A DNA stretch of 64,000 nucleotides from a virus. Taxonomy: Duplodnaviria > Caudoviricetes. Under the pieces are notes generated by a model. That model saw nothing but the letters and a program-made list of their open reading frames with translations, had not been told where the DNA came from and ran no database searches. This document shows positions 55,002 to 64,000 of this stretch, one piece after another. The DNA lies in IMG/VR virus record IMGVR_UViG_3300027029_000001, positions 2,966 to 66,965 of that record; one strand, 5' to 3'. Position 1 is the first letter of the stretch, and each line of letters opens with the position of its first letter. A program made the translations under genes and the position numbers.

Positions 55002-55984
55002 TGCCTTACGCCAATCAATCCGGCCATGCCCGCACCAACCCGCGAGCACCGCAGGCATTCGCAGTTTGCGATGACTGTGGCGCCTGGTACAATCGCGTCA
55101 ATCTGTACGTGCAGCGCGAATGGTACGGCGACAATCTCGCCGACACCGGCTACCGCGTCTGCCGGCGCTGCCTGTCGAAGCCGCAGCCGCAGCTAAAGCC
55201 GGTCATCCTCCCGCAAGACCCGATCCCGATCGTCGACCCGCGACCGGAGCGCTATCAGGCGCAACAGAGCATCAACGGCCCGACTCGGGCAATCGTCTGG
55301 CAGAACCAGAACGGCTTTACCCAAATCGTCGGGCCGCAAGGCGTCCGAATCCAGATGCCGGTGCTGGCGGAGTTCGATCCGACAAACCCGATCGAGGGCA
55401 AGAACCAGCTGTGGATCAGCCTGTTCAATGCCGGCTATCCGGTCCCGGTGCTGACCGACGACTTCGGCAACATTCTGACTGACGACTTCGGGAATGTGCT
55501 GCTGCAGGACGGCGTGACCGAAGGCAGCGGCACAATTGGGTTTCCGGGGGTCGGGCAGAAGATATTTGCTGGATACCCATTGCCGATCCTGATCAGCGAC
55601 GACGGCCTTTCGGTGCTGACCGCCGACGACGGGACGGTGCTGCTCCAGGATGGTGCCGACCCGACTGGCGTCCCGCTCTACGTCCCGACCGTGGCGGACG
55701 CCTACGCGCGCAACAACATCATGATCTATAACCCGACCGGGCTGATGCTGTGCGCCGCGCAGAACAGCGCTCCGACTATCGGGATCAGTGCGGCAAGCCT
55801 TATCGGCTCCCTGCGAACCGGCAATCCGACTGCATCGAATGCCGAGGCCGGGACGGTCTATGTCGGAACCGGCGAAGCGCTGATGCAGAACATCCTCGAA
55901 ACGACCGATGCGGTCCTTTGGCAGGGCAGTGTCTGGGTATTGGGATTGGTGCCTGGCGCACCGTACTGGGCTTGGGAATGGTGA
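55001..55984 (+). CDS. Zn-ribbon virion protein with extended acidic repeat region
   Basis: CDDCG...CRRC...DPIPIVDPRPE; LTDDFGNILTDDFGNVLLQDG. Confidence 0.75.
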   Translation: MPYANQSGHARTNPRAPQAFAVCDDCGAWYNRVNLYVQREWYGDNLADTGYRVCRRCLSKPQPQLKPVILPQDPIPIVDPRPERYQAQQSINGPTRAIVWQNQNGFTQIVGPQGVRIQMPVLAEFDPTNPIEGKNQLWISLFNAGYPVPVLTDDFGNILTDDFGNVLLQDGVTEGSGTIGFPGVGQKIFAGYPLPILISDDGLSVLTADDGTVLLQDGADPTGVPLYVPTVADAYARNNIMIYNPTGLMLCAAQNSAPTIGISAASLIGSLRTGNPTASNAEAGTVYVGTGEALMQNILETTDAVLWQGSVWVLGLVPGAPYWAWEW

Positions 55985-57432
55985 TGATGATTTTCAGATT
56001 TGTTATTTTTGCTGCACTGGGATTATTGGCGCTGGTTAATTCGGCGTGGGCGGCGACATCGACGATCAACCCCACGCTGCCGGCTCCGGGGTTGCCCTAT
56101 ACGTCGTCGGTGATCCGCAACAATTTCCAGGCAGCCGCGAATGATATCAATGCGCTGCTAAGCACGAATGGCGTGGGCGGCCCGACGACCTCGATCGTCA
56201 ATGACCTTCCACTGTGGAACAGCACCACCGGAAACAAGCTCAGCGACCCCGGAAATACCTTTTCGGTGGCCGGCAACGTCCTTCAGGTGCCGCAGATTGC
56301 GACGACGCCCCTGATCACCTGGAGCGGCAGCAGTTCGGGCGCGGCAGCTCTCGCCGGCATCTGGCAGCAGGAAAACCTCAGCGGAACGTCGTCGGCAGGG
56401 AACGGGGCGCAGCTCTCGGCCAATCTCCTCGCGGCGACCGACAACCTCATCGCACCCCCTCCGATCTATGCGATGTCCCTATGGGACGTGGAGGACACGA
56501 TCGGAACCGGGGCGCAGGGCGCTCGCAATGCGATCAAGGCATGGAACACAGTGCAGGCGACGCCCACCGTCAAGGGCACGCCGGGCGACAATTATCCGGC
56601 TTATGTCGGCGTGTTCCCCGGCGGGTATCTCGACGTCAACCTCGGCGGCATTGCGACATCGCCGCTGTCATCGACGGCCGGCTCCCTGTACGGCATGAAC
56701 CCGAACGTCACTCTCGGCCCGAATGCCACGAATATTTACGGCGTCATCGGACAAGAGAACGACATCACCGTCGAATCCGGGGCGTCGGTCGGGCAGAAGA
56801 TCGGCATCGACATTATTCAGGCGTCGACAGACGCTGAGCGCGGCTCGGTTGTCGATGCGGCAATCATGCTGTTCAACCAGCCGGGTGCGGTCGGCTGGAA
56901 TTGCGGCCTATGTTTCGGCGGGAATGGCTCAGGCGGCGCATTTCCGATAAATCCGACCGGCGGCACAATGATCGGCACAGTCGGCAGCTCCGGCATGTCG
57001 GCGCTTAATGGCGCGGATTTCTCGGCAGTCTCAATTAGCGGCTGCGCCTTCAAGTCGAATTTTTTCTGCGTCAGTGGCTCCGGCTCGATCACCGGCGACA
57101 ACATCCAATGGAACGGCCATCTGCTGCCGAGCACTGGCGTTGCACCCACGGCCCCCACCTATACATGCGGCAGCCCCTGCACGGCGACCGGCAGCGACAG
57201 CGACGGGACTGTAACCCCAGGCTCCTCAGTGTCCTCGGTTGGCATCACGTTTGCCTTTGCATGGCCCAGCGCGCCGGCTTGTACCGTCACCGGGTTTAGC
57301 ACGTCCGGCAGCATCCTTGCCATTAGCGGCGCCCCCACAGCGACCGCAATCACGGTGACGCAATACAATTCTTCCAATACCCCGATAAATTTCACCGGCA
57401 CGGACGGTTTCACTTATCATTGCATGGATTGA
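55984..57432 (+). CDS. Signal-peptide-bearing fibre-like protein
   Basis: MMIFRFVIFAALGLLALVNSAWA then ATSTINP...IRNNFQAA; 8 Cys; TGATG overlap. Confidence 0.8.
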   Translation: MMIFRFVIFAALGLLALVNSAWAATSTINPTLPAPGLPYTSSVIRNNFQAAANDINALLSTNGVGGPTTSIVNDLPLWNSTTGNKLSDPGNTFSVAGNVLQVPQIATTPLITWSGSSSGAAALAGIWQQENLSGTSSAGNGAQLSANLLAATDNLIAPPPIYAMSLWDVEDTIGTGAQGARNAIKAWNTVQATPTVKGTPGDNYPAYVGVFPGGYLDVNLGGIATSPLSSTAGSLYGMNPNVTLGPNATNIYGVIGQENDITVESGASVGQKIGIDIIQASTDAERGSVVDAAIMLFNQPGAVGWNCGLCFGGNGSGGAFPINPTGGTMIGTVGSSGMSALNGADFSAVSISGCAFKSNFFCVSGSGSITGDNIQWNGHLLPSTGVAPTAPTYTCGSPCTATGSDSDGTVTPGSSVSSVGITFAFAWPSAPACTVTGFSTSGSILAISGAPTATAITVTQYNSSNTPINFTGTDGFTYHCMD

Positions 57433-57436
57433 GGCG

Positions 57437-57730
57437 ATGACTGTCCGCGTCGGCCTTGGAACACTGGCGGCACTGATCGTTTTTGGTGTTCATGCGCAGG
57501 CACAGACCGGCCCTAGCACTTGGGCGCAAAGCGTCATGAGGGCCCCGCAGGCGACGCCGCAGACTGGCGATGTTGTCGGCTTTGTCCATAACGGCCTGAC
57601 CTTCAAGTGCATTGTCGGGACGGCCGGATGCTTCAACGGCAGTGGAAGTAGCGGCGTCGTGCTGGTCGGTGGCGACACCACGAGCTGCACGTTGGCCGGC
57701 GGCGACACGACGACATGCGTAGGAGATTAG
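57437..57730 (+). CDS. Small exported protein with two Cys pairs
   Basis: MTVRVGLGTLAALIVFGVHAQA; KCIVGTAGC, SCTLAGGDTTTC. Confidence 0.75.
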   Translation: MTVRVGLGTLAALIVFGVHAQAQTGPSTWAQSVMRAPQATPQTGDVVGFVHNGLTFKCIVGTAGCFNGSGSSGVVLVGGDTTSCTLAGGDTTTCVGD

Positions 57731-57732
57731 GG

Positions 57733-60700
57733 ATGCGCCTTTTTTGGTCGCTGGTCGCCATTGCGGCGCTGCTGTCGTCGCCGGCATGGGCGCAGAACAA
57801 GTACATCTCGCAAATGACCCCTGTCGGGTCGGTATCGGGAACCGACACGTTTCAGGATTGCGCGACAAACGGGTGCGGTTCGTCGGTTCCCTCGGGGCAA
57901 GCCTCGGCCGCGCAGCTTTCGACGTACATGAACGCGCATTTGCCGGCAATTAACCTGGCAACCGGGGGCGCCGGCGGGGTGACAGGCATCCTCCCGGTCG
58001 CCAATGGCGGCACGAACGCATCATCGGCCTCTGGAGCGTCGCTCGACAACATCACGGGGTTTTCTTCAACCGGGCTGCTCGACCGTACTGGCGCTGGCGC
58101 ATATTCGTTTCTGGGGTTGCCGCTCAGCGTGGCGAATGGCGGCACCGGCCTAACGTCATGGACCGCGACGGCGCTCCCTCTCGGCAATGGCACGTCCAGT
58201 CCGACGTTCCTCTCTCCGGTTAACGGCGATTGCGTAATCGGGTCGGGAGGAGCGTGGATTGCCGGCTCATGTAGTGGGTCCGCTGGCAACATGACGGGCT
58301 CTGGAGCAGCTACGACCGGCGATCTCATCCAAGCCAACAACACCGGCACGCCACTCAACAGCGCGACCGATACGGGGATCGTGGCGACGAACGTCGTTAC
58401 GGCAACCAGCACGCTCACGAGTGGCGGATTGGCGATTGGCGGCGGCACAAAGACGATCGGTAGCGTTCTGGCTCCCGTGAACGGCGATTGCGTGATCGGG
58501 TCAGGCGGAGCGTGGATTGCCGGAGCATGTAGCGGCGGATCGTCGGCGTTTAGCGCCCTGACCAGCGGCACGAACACGACCGCAGCAATGGTGGTCGGCT
58601 CGGGAGGGTCGCTTGCAGTTTCGGGCTCCGGCACGATCGCCGCCACGTCGGCGCCCGCCAGCGGCCTTACCGGCCTCGGCACGGGGGTCGCGACGGCCCT
58701 GGGGCTTGCGGTAAATGGCTCCGGCGCCATCTCGCTGACGACCTCCCCGACCTTCGTGACGCCCGCGCTCGGAACACCTTCGGCGGCCGTGCTCACGAAT
58801 GCGACGGGCCTGCCGCTTTCGACGGGCGTGACAGGCAATCTGCCGGTTGGAAACCTGAACTCCGGCACGGGGGCATCATCGTCAACATATTGGCGCGGCG
58901 ACGGTACGTGGGCTACGCCGTCAGGCGCGGGCACCGTTACCAGCGTGGGACTGACAACGCCCGCATGGCTGACCGTCGGCGGCTCACCCGTGACTGGGGC
59001 TGGCACGCTGGCAGTTACCGGGACGAGCGAGAGCGGCAACCTTGTTGTGGCATCGCCGAATGGCTCGTCTGGCGCCGTGACACCGCGAGCCCTGGTCAAT
59101 GCAGACCTCCCGGCGACCGCCGTGACGCCCGGCAGCTACACCAATACGAACATCACGGTCAACCAGCAGGGCGTGATCACCGCCGCCTCAAACGGCTCCG
59201 GCGGCGGCACTGCGGTCATCTTTGTAGGCGGCCCGACAGCCGGCTCAGCAAATGCGCAGACTCTTGCGACCACGGCGCCGACCGGCTTTGCCTTCACCAA
59301 CGGCTATGTTGTCCGTTCGACGATCGGTACGGCGAACACCGGGGCGACCACGCTGAGCGTCAACGGCACCTCGGCCGCAGCGGTGGCGAAGATGACCCCG
59401 ACCGGCCTCCAGGCGCTCGGCGGCGGCGAATTGCTGAACAACGGCCAGGTCTACGATTTCCAGGCCGAGACCTCGTGCCCGGCGCCGATCTCGGCGAACT
59501 GCTACGTCGAGTCGACCATCGTCGGGGCCGGGGTCACGCAGGCGACGACATCGACCTCCGGGACCGGCGCATCGCCGACCGTGGCACAGTTCGCGTGGGG
59601 ACAGACGATCAACCTCAATTCCGCGAGCCTGACATCGACGGTGCCGGTATCGACGACCTTGCCGTCAAACGGCGGGGTGGTCATCAACGCGATCAACGCC
59701 GGCACGATCGCCGCGACCTCGCCGGACGTGATCACGTCGGCGGCGGGCACGACAGGTGCCGGCGGCTCGGTCGCGGTCAATGCCGGATGTGTGGCGACCG
59801 TCACGACCAACGGCTCCGGGACGATCAACGTCGCCGGCAACCTCTGTGGTGGGGGCGGCTCGGGAACGGTCAACAACTCGACCGTGGCCGGCGCGGCGAC
59901 CTACTATGCGACGACCGGAACCGCCGTGTCGTTTGAGCCGAAGTGGCTTTATGACAGCGGGAACAACCTTAACGGAAACTTCAATACAGCTTCTGTTCCG
60001 TCCGGCCTGACGCCGACAGGTGGCGGGGTGCTCGATGTTGCCGTAGACGGCAGCAACAGTGGATACAATGCGCTGGCGAGCAACGGCGGTAACGTTGTCT
60101 TTACGGGGTATGCAACGAGCGGCACCGTAGCGTCTCCGACTGCTCTCGCGGGAAGCTCGACGATCCTCGCTGTCGCCGGCCGCGGCTACAATGGCTCGGC
60201 CTACACGACCGGCTCGCAAGCGAATATGTCTTTCGTGACGACGGGAACCTGGTCTACCGGCTCGACGCCGACAGCGATCACCTGGGGCACGACGCTCAGT
60301 GGTTCGACGAGCCCGGTCAACAACATGACCCTCGGCTCCAACGGCTGTCTGGACCTTCCGTCTTCAAACACTTGCCCCGGCGCAAACGGCATTGGCATTA
60401 CCGGGCCGCTCGACATTGCGACCAGCTACTTCACGACTGACGTGACGAATGCCGGGACGACCGGGACGACGGTCAACAAGCTCGCCAAGATTGTCGGGGC
60501 CACGGCGGTCATCGCCGCGACGACGGACACGAACGGAATCTCGGGCGTCGTCATGGCCGGCGCCGGAACGAGCGGTAATGCCCAGATTGCCAAGGAAGGG
60601 CAGGCCAGCCTCGCCTTCGACGGAGCGACGACCGCCGGCGATTACGTCCAGATCAGCTCGACGACAGCGGGCGACGGGCACGACACCGGGGCGGCTACTT

Positions 60701-61386
60701 GCCCGTCGAGCGGCCAGGTCATCGGCAAGGTGCTTTCGACCAACGGCGGGGCCGGGACATACACGATCGCGGTCGGGTCGCAGGGCTGCACCGGAAGCGG
60801 CAGCGGCGGCGCTACCTGCGACTCCGGCTTCACACTCTCGACCTACTCGGGGCAGTGCGTTGATACGCAGACGCCGGCTACGAGCGCGAATTGCCCCGGC
60901 TCGACGGCCTGCATTGTGTTTTTCCCGTCTGGTGGGCTAACCCGGAACAACTACACGCTCGAATGCCGAAACCTGATCGCCGGATCGGGTAACAGCATCG
61001 GCGTCCAATATGGAGAGAGCACGGGGCCAACTTGGGAAATCGCGACCTACACAAACGAAATCCAGTATTGGAATAGCGCCACCGCCCCATCTGAAGTTAC
61101 CAGCCCAGGCACCACATCTTTGTTCCCCAATGCCACCGCCACGTCTGGAACGGTTGGATTGACTTTCACTACCGCTTTCCAAGGCTTAGCGACATCTGGT
61201 ATCAACAAGGCGGCATCCTATAATGCCTTGGACTTTACCGGAACGGCCACTTATGGCAACGTCATAGCGGCAGTTTACACTGGCGACACCAATGCCGTTA
61301 CGGGGCTGCGGGTGGTCGACACGCAGGGTACGCCGACCAGCTTAGTCAGCCCATCGAGCTGCACGCTTACCCAGCAAGGCACCTGA
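57733..61386 (+). CDS. Signal-peptide-bearing long tail-fibre-like protein
   Basis: MRLFWSLVAIAALLSSPAWA; fibre motifs LPVANGGT and YWRGDGTW; 20 Cys mostly in close pairs; repeat PVNGDCVIGSGGAWIAG x2. Confidence 0.85.
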   Translation: MRLFWSLVAIAALLSSPAWAQNKYISQMTPVGSVSGTDTFQDCATNGCGSSVPSGQASAAQLSTYMNAHLPAINLATGGAGGVTGILPVANGGTNASSASGASLDNITGFSSTGLLDRTGAGAYSFLGLPLSVANGGTGLTSWTATALPLGNGTSSPTFLSPVNGDCVIGSGGAWIAGSCSGSAGNMTGSGAATTGDLIQANNTGTPLNSATDTGIVATNVVTATSTLTSGGLAIGGGTKTIGSVLAPVNGDCVIGSGGAWIAGACSGGSSAFSALTSGTNTTAAMVVGSGGSLAVSGSGTIAATSAPASGLTGLGTGVATALGLAVNGSGAISLTTSPTFVTPALGTPSAAVLTNATGLPLSTGVTGNLPVGNLNSGTGASSSTYWRGDGTWATPSGAGTVTSVGLTTPAWLTVGGSPVTGAGTLAVTGTSESGNLVVASPNGSSGAVTPRALVNADLPATAVTPGSYTNTNITVNQQGVITAASNGSGGGTAVIFVGGPTAGSANAQTLATTAPTGFAFTNGYVVRSTIGTANTGATTLSVNGTSAAAVAKMTPTGLQALGGGELLNNGQVYDFQAETSCPAPISANCYVESTIVGAGVTQATTSTSGTGASPTVAQFAWGQTINLNSASLTSTVPVSTTLPSNGGVVINAINAGTIAATSPDVITSAAGTTGAGGSVAVNAGCVATVTTNGSGTINVAGNLCGGGGSGTVNNSTVAGAATYYATTGTAVSFEPKWLYDSGNNLNGNFNTASVPSGLTPTGGGVLDVAVDGSNSGYNALASNGGNVVFTGYATSGTVASPTALAGSSTILAVAGRGYNGSAYTTGSQANMSFVTTGTWSTGSTPTAITWGTTLSGSTSPVNNMTLGSNGCLDLPSSNTCPGANGIGITGPLDIATSYFTTDVTNAGTTGTTVNKLAKIVGATAVIAATTDTNGISGVVMAGAGTSGNAQIAKEGQASLAFDGATTAGDYVQISSTTAGDGHDTGAATCPSSGQVIGKVLSTNGGAGTYTIAVGSQGCTGSGSGGATCDSGFTLSTYSGQCVDTQTPATSANCPGSTACIVFFPSGGLTRNNYTLECRNLIAGSGNSIGVQYGESTGPTWEIATYTNEIQYWNSATAPSEVTSPGTTSLFPNATATSGTVGLTFTTAFQGLATSGINKAASYNALDFTGTATYGNVIAAVYTGDTNAVTGLRVVDTQGTPTSLVSPSSCTLTQQGT

Positions 61387-63056
61387 TGCGCCTGCTGGCC
61401 TTCCTGCTGGCGCTTTTTGCAGCCAGCCATGCCGACGCGAGTCTGTTGAAGCCGCGCGGTAGCGGCGGCCCTACCGCGCCGGCCGTCATCACGAACTTCG
61501 ACGGCCTCGGCACCGCGATCCCTAACCAGGTGATGACGCTCGACACGACGGGGAATCAAATCCAGGACGGGCAAGATTCCTACCTTCAGTGTCAGGCGGG
61601 GATGCCAAGCTGCCCTGTGGGGACATGGTTTCGATACACGGTGGATTGGTCGTGCGGATTTGTTGCCGAGGTGGCCGGGTCGCAGTGGTGCGGATTTCTG
61701 GTCTTTTCCTCGACGGATCGAGTTCACTGGACCAATCTCGGCCACCTTTTCTCTCCGACCAGTTGGAACTCTCTGTGCAACGGTCTATCGACGGCAATTC
61801 AGACCTGCAATGGGCAGCGGATAATCTATAACGCATCGACCTCCACATACCTTCTGTGGTTCCTGACCTACAGCCCGAGCACGGTCGGGGTTGGGATAGT
61901 CGCATGCACAACCCCATCGAGTGGTTGCACCAATCAGGCCGCCCCGACGCTGGAAGGCGGAGCTAACTATCCGATGGACGACATGGTGCCGTTCGTCTGG
62001 ACGGACGGCAACCCGTACATTCTTTATTCCGATCATACGCTTGTGATGCACATTGAGGAGCTTAACTCCACTTACACAAGCGGAAACGGCACTTTCTCTG
62101 GGGTGATCTCGCCAACCGACAAGGAGGGCCTTGGTTTCTTTACTAGGCTCGGCGTCTCATACATTACCTACGGAACCCCCTGCTTCTGGTGCAATGGCAC
62201 CGATACGGACTATGCCACAACGACAGCAACAAGTAATCTGACCGCCGCCACGTGGACTGGGGGTGGGGCGATCAGCACGATCACCTGCGGCGGCCAGCCG
62301 TTTACGACAAGCCAAGAGACCGTCGGCGGCAGCACGGTATATTTCTTTAATGCCGCAGAGAATCGAACGGCAAGCCAGACACAGGGCGACCACTCGACGG
62401 GGTTCTTCAATCAGGGGCTCGCCAACTCCTTCACTCAGGAACTTACTTTTACGGGCTCGGCAATCAATACGCTGACGTGTCCGACAACTGTGACCTTGAC
62501 GGGAGTCACGGCACTCCCTCCACCTAGCCCGCCGAGCGGCACCGATCAATCAAATTGGAACGCCAACTTTGGGGACATCTGCGATATCGTCAGTGGCGTC
62601 TCGCGGTTGCAGGTATTCAAGGCCGGGGTAAGCGGACACTTGAATGCGGTCCATACGTCGCTGGCTCAAAATTGTACCGCCGCGAGTTGCACTGGGGCTG
62701 GGTATCCAGGAACCAACGCAGTTACGGTCACGATCGCTGCATGGACCGGGAGCGCGCCAGGAACAATCTTGGCGACCGCCTCGATTACCGCGTCCGGCCT
62801 CCCGTGGTCGTTGCAAGACCAGGACGTGACTTTTGGCTCGCCGCCATCGCTGACCTCCGGCACGCAGTACGCGATGGAAATCTCGGCCAACAACAGCTCA
62901 AGCTACGGCTGTGTCGCTACGGCCTATGACAACGCGAACACCTATGGTGCAGCGAACGGCAGCGAGTGGGTTAATACCGGGGGCGGGTGGACGCAGGACA
63001 GCAACGGCGCGTCGGGAACCCGGTCGATGCGGTTCGCGACTATCATGGGGCCGTGA
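61386..63056 (+). CDS. Exported GH43-like beta-propeller glycoside hydrolase with C-terminal beta domain
   Basis: Signal MRLLAFLLALFAASHADA; GNQIQDG, FSSTDRVHW, YLLWF, DMVPFVWTDG, EGLGFFTR..YITY..PCFWC; 16 Cys. Confidence 0.7.
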   Translation: MRLLAFLLALFAASHADASLLKPRGSGGPTAPAVITNFDGLGTAIPNQVMTLDTTGNQIQDGQDSYLQCQAGMPSCPVGTWFRYTVDWSCGFVAEVAGSQWCGFLVFSSTDRVHWTNLGHLFSPTSWNSLCNGLSTAIQTCNGQRIIYNASTSTYLLWFLTYSPSTVGVGIVACTTPSSGCTNQAAPTLEGGANYPMDDMVPFVWTDGNPYILYSDHTLVMHIEELNSTYTSGNGTFSGVISPTDKEGLGFFTRLGVSYITYGTPCFWCNGTDTDYATTTATSNLTAATWTGGGAISTITCGGQPFTTSQETVGGSTVYFFNAAENRTASQTQGDHSTGFFNQGLANSFTQELTFTGSAINTLTCPTTVTLTGVTALPPPSPPSGTDQSNWNANFGDICDIVSGVSRLQVFKAGVSGHLNAVHTSLAQNCTAASCTGAGYPGTNAVTVTIAAWTGSAPGTILATASITASGLPWSLQDQDVTFGSPPSLTSGTQYAMEISANNSSSYGCVATAYDNANTYGAANGSEWVNTGGGWTQDSNGASGTRSMRFATIMGP

Positions 63057-64000
63057 TGCAGGGAATCCTCACGACCCTGGCGGCAGCGGTAGCTGGTGTC
63101 GCCGCAGCGTGCGGTAAGACCGCATCATCCACCAGAATCCGCGCAAAATCTGCCACAGCCCGGCGTCGTTCGAGCGAAGATGCTTCACGTTTTGCCTCCG
63201 GGATCGCGACCCTGAGCCGCGCCAGCTGCTATCGTACATACATTCAGCGCCTTTGGCTCGCCCTTTTGTTGATCCTGGCCGCCGCCGGGCCGCTCGACGC
63301 GGCACTGCTGATCAGGGTTCATGGCGGATCGCCGCCGAGCAGCGGAAGCTCTGTCGTCTATACGATGATGGTCACAAATACGTCCGGCTCGACGACGCCG
63401 ACGGCTGCGAAACAGACCTGCATCACCAGCGGCAACACTTGCTTCCCCAAGCAGCAGCCGGCTTGGTTCGCCCTTGGAGCTGTGCCCACGGGCTATATCG
63501 CGGTTCCGACCGTCGGCGGATCGCCTGTTCTCTACCAGGCCGATGAACTTGTGTATTGGCCTGACGGGTCGCTGCGCGGCGGGGTGTTCACGTTCTTTCT
63601 GCCTCAGCTAACGGCGGGAGGCTCGGAACAAATCACCTGGACTTCCCAGCTCGGAAGCTACAACAACACGTCCTCCGGCACGGTCGCCGACGTGACTGGT
63701 GCCACGGATTACAAGGTCGAGCTAACCAACGAGTCGCAGGTCACGTCCAATCTGCCGGGCGTCCCGCCTTACAATGCGATAGGCTGGCACGTCAGCGGCG
63801 GCGCTGTCACAAGCGCGTTTGTGCGCTACGCGGGCGGCCTGAGCGGCACCGTCGCCACCTTGGGCTACGACTGTACTAATTCCGGGGCCGGGTGCGGCAC
63901 TCAGGCGGTCGGGACGATTTACGGATGCTCGGTAGCGCCCGTGGTCGACGTGACCTACAGCGGGTCGACTAACCTGGCCGCGTCGGCAAGCGTCGTCAGC
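63056..64000 (+). CDS. Exported-type paralogue of the 3..3242 protein, 3'-truncated (absent from ORF track)
   Basis: Open from ATG 63056 (TGATG overlap) to window end; QRLWLALLLILAAAGPLDA signal-like segment; QTCITSGNTCF, YQADELVYWPDGSL, FLPQLTAGGSEQIT. Confidence 0.85.
   Translation, partial: MQGILTTLAAAVAGVAAACGKTASSTRIRAKSATARRRSSEDASRFASGIATLSRASCYRTYIQRLWLALLLILAAAGPLDAALLIRVHGGSPPSSGSSVVYTMMVTNTSGSTTPTAAKQTCITSGNTCFPKQQPAWFALGAVPTGYIAVPTVGGSPVLYQADELVYWPDGSLRGGVFTFFLPQLTAGGSEQITWTSQLGSYNNTSSGTVADVTGATDYKVELTNESQVTSNLPGVPPYNAIGWHVSGGAVTSAFVRYAGGLSGTVATLGYDCTNSGAGCGTQAVGTIYGCSVAPVVDVTYSGSTNLAASASVVS

Larger units (their letters stand above)
1..64000. mobile_element. Temperate tailed phage (podovirus-like), non-integrated form; likely alphaproteobacterial host
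   Basis: Integrase, xis, cI/cro, terminase, portal, capsid, ejection and lysis genes; no host housekeeping genes; attP-like site has phage genes on both sides. Confidence 0.95.

Noticed and set aside
63300-64000. Diversity-generating retroelement template/variable pair
   Set aside because: No reverse transcriptase in the window; differences are not restricted to adenines

Overview
The whole window reads as one GC-rich temperate tailed phage, probably a podovirus-like phage of an alphaproteobacterium (perfect CtrA box, PEP-CTERM proteins, DUF3309-like gene). It appears to be in the non-integrated state, because an attP-like site with phage genes on both sides lies next to the integrase. Layout: a 5'-truncated large Cys-rich late protein (3-3242); lysis cassette (3717-6648); an imported cassette with an odd tRNA and a broken toxin-antitoxin pair (6650-8017); attP carrying the 5' half of a tRNA-Sec (8595-8760); leftward early operon with int, xis, DUF1643, ERF, PD-(D/E)XK nuclease and a PEP-CTERM protein (8047-16861); cI/cro switch (17246-18030); rightward replication and methylation genes (18027-24956); leftward accessory genes (25075-27046); terS/terL followed by tail and ejection genes (27860-41870); a structured non-coding stretch; portal, GroES-like, scaffold, capsid and adaptor genes (42613-55984); and a run of signal-peptide-bearing, paired-cysteine fibre and glycan-processing genes (55984-64000). 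The last of these is a paralogue of the gene at the window start. Strongest leads: (1) the exported, apparently disulfide-bonded late fibre/glycanase cassette; (2) integration into selC with the phage supplying the 5' half of the tRNA; (3) a ~350-nt structured RNA candidate before the portal; (4) a Ser-body/Leu-anticodon tRNA; (5) an overlapping two-frame DNA methylase whose C-termini are swapped by one extra base. All family assignments come from motif recognition by eye; no searches or folding programs were run.
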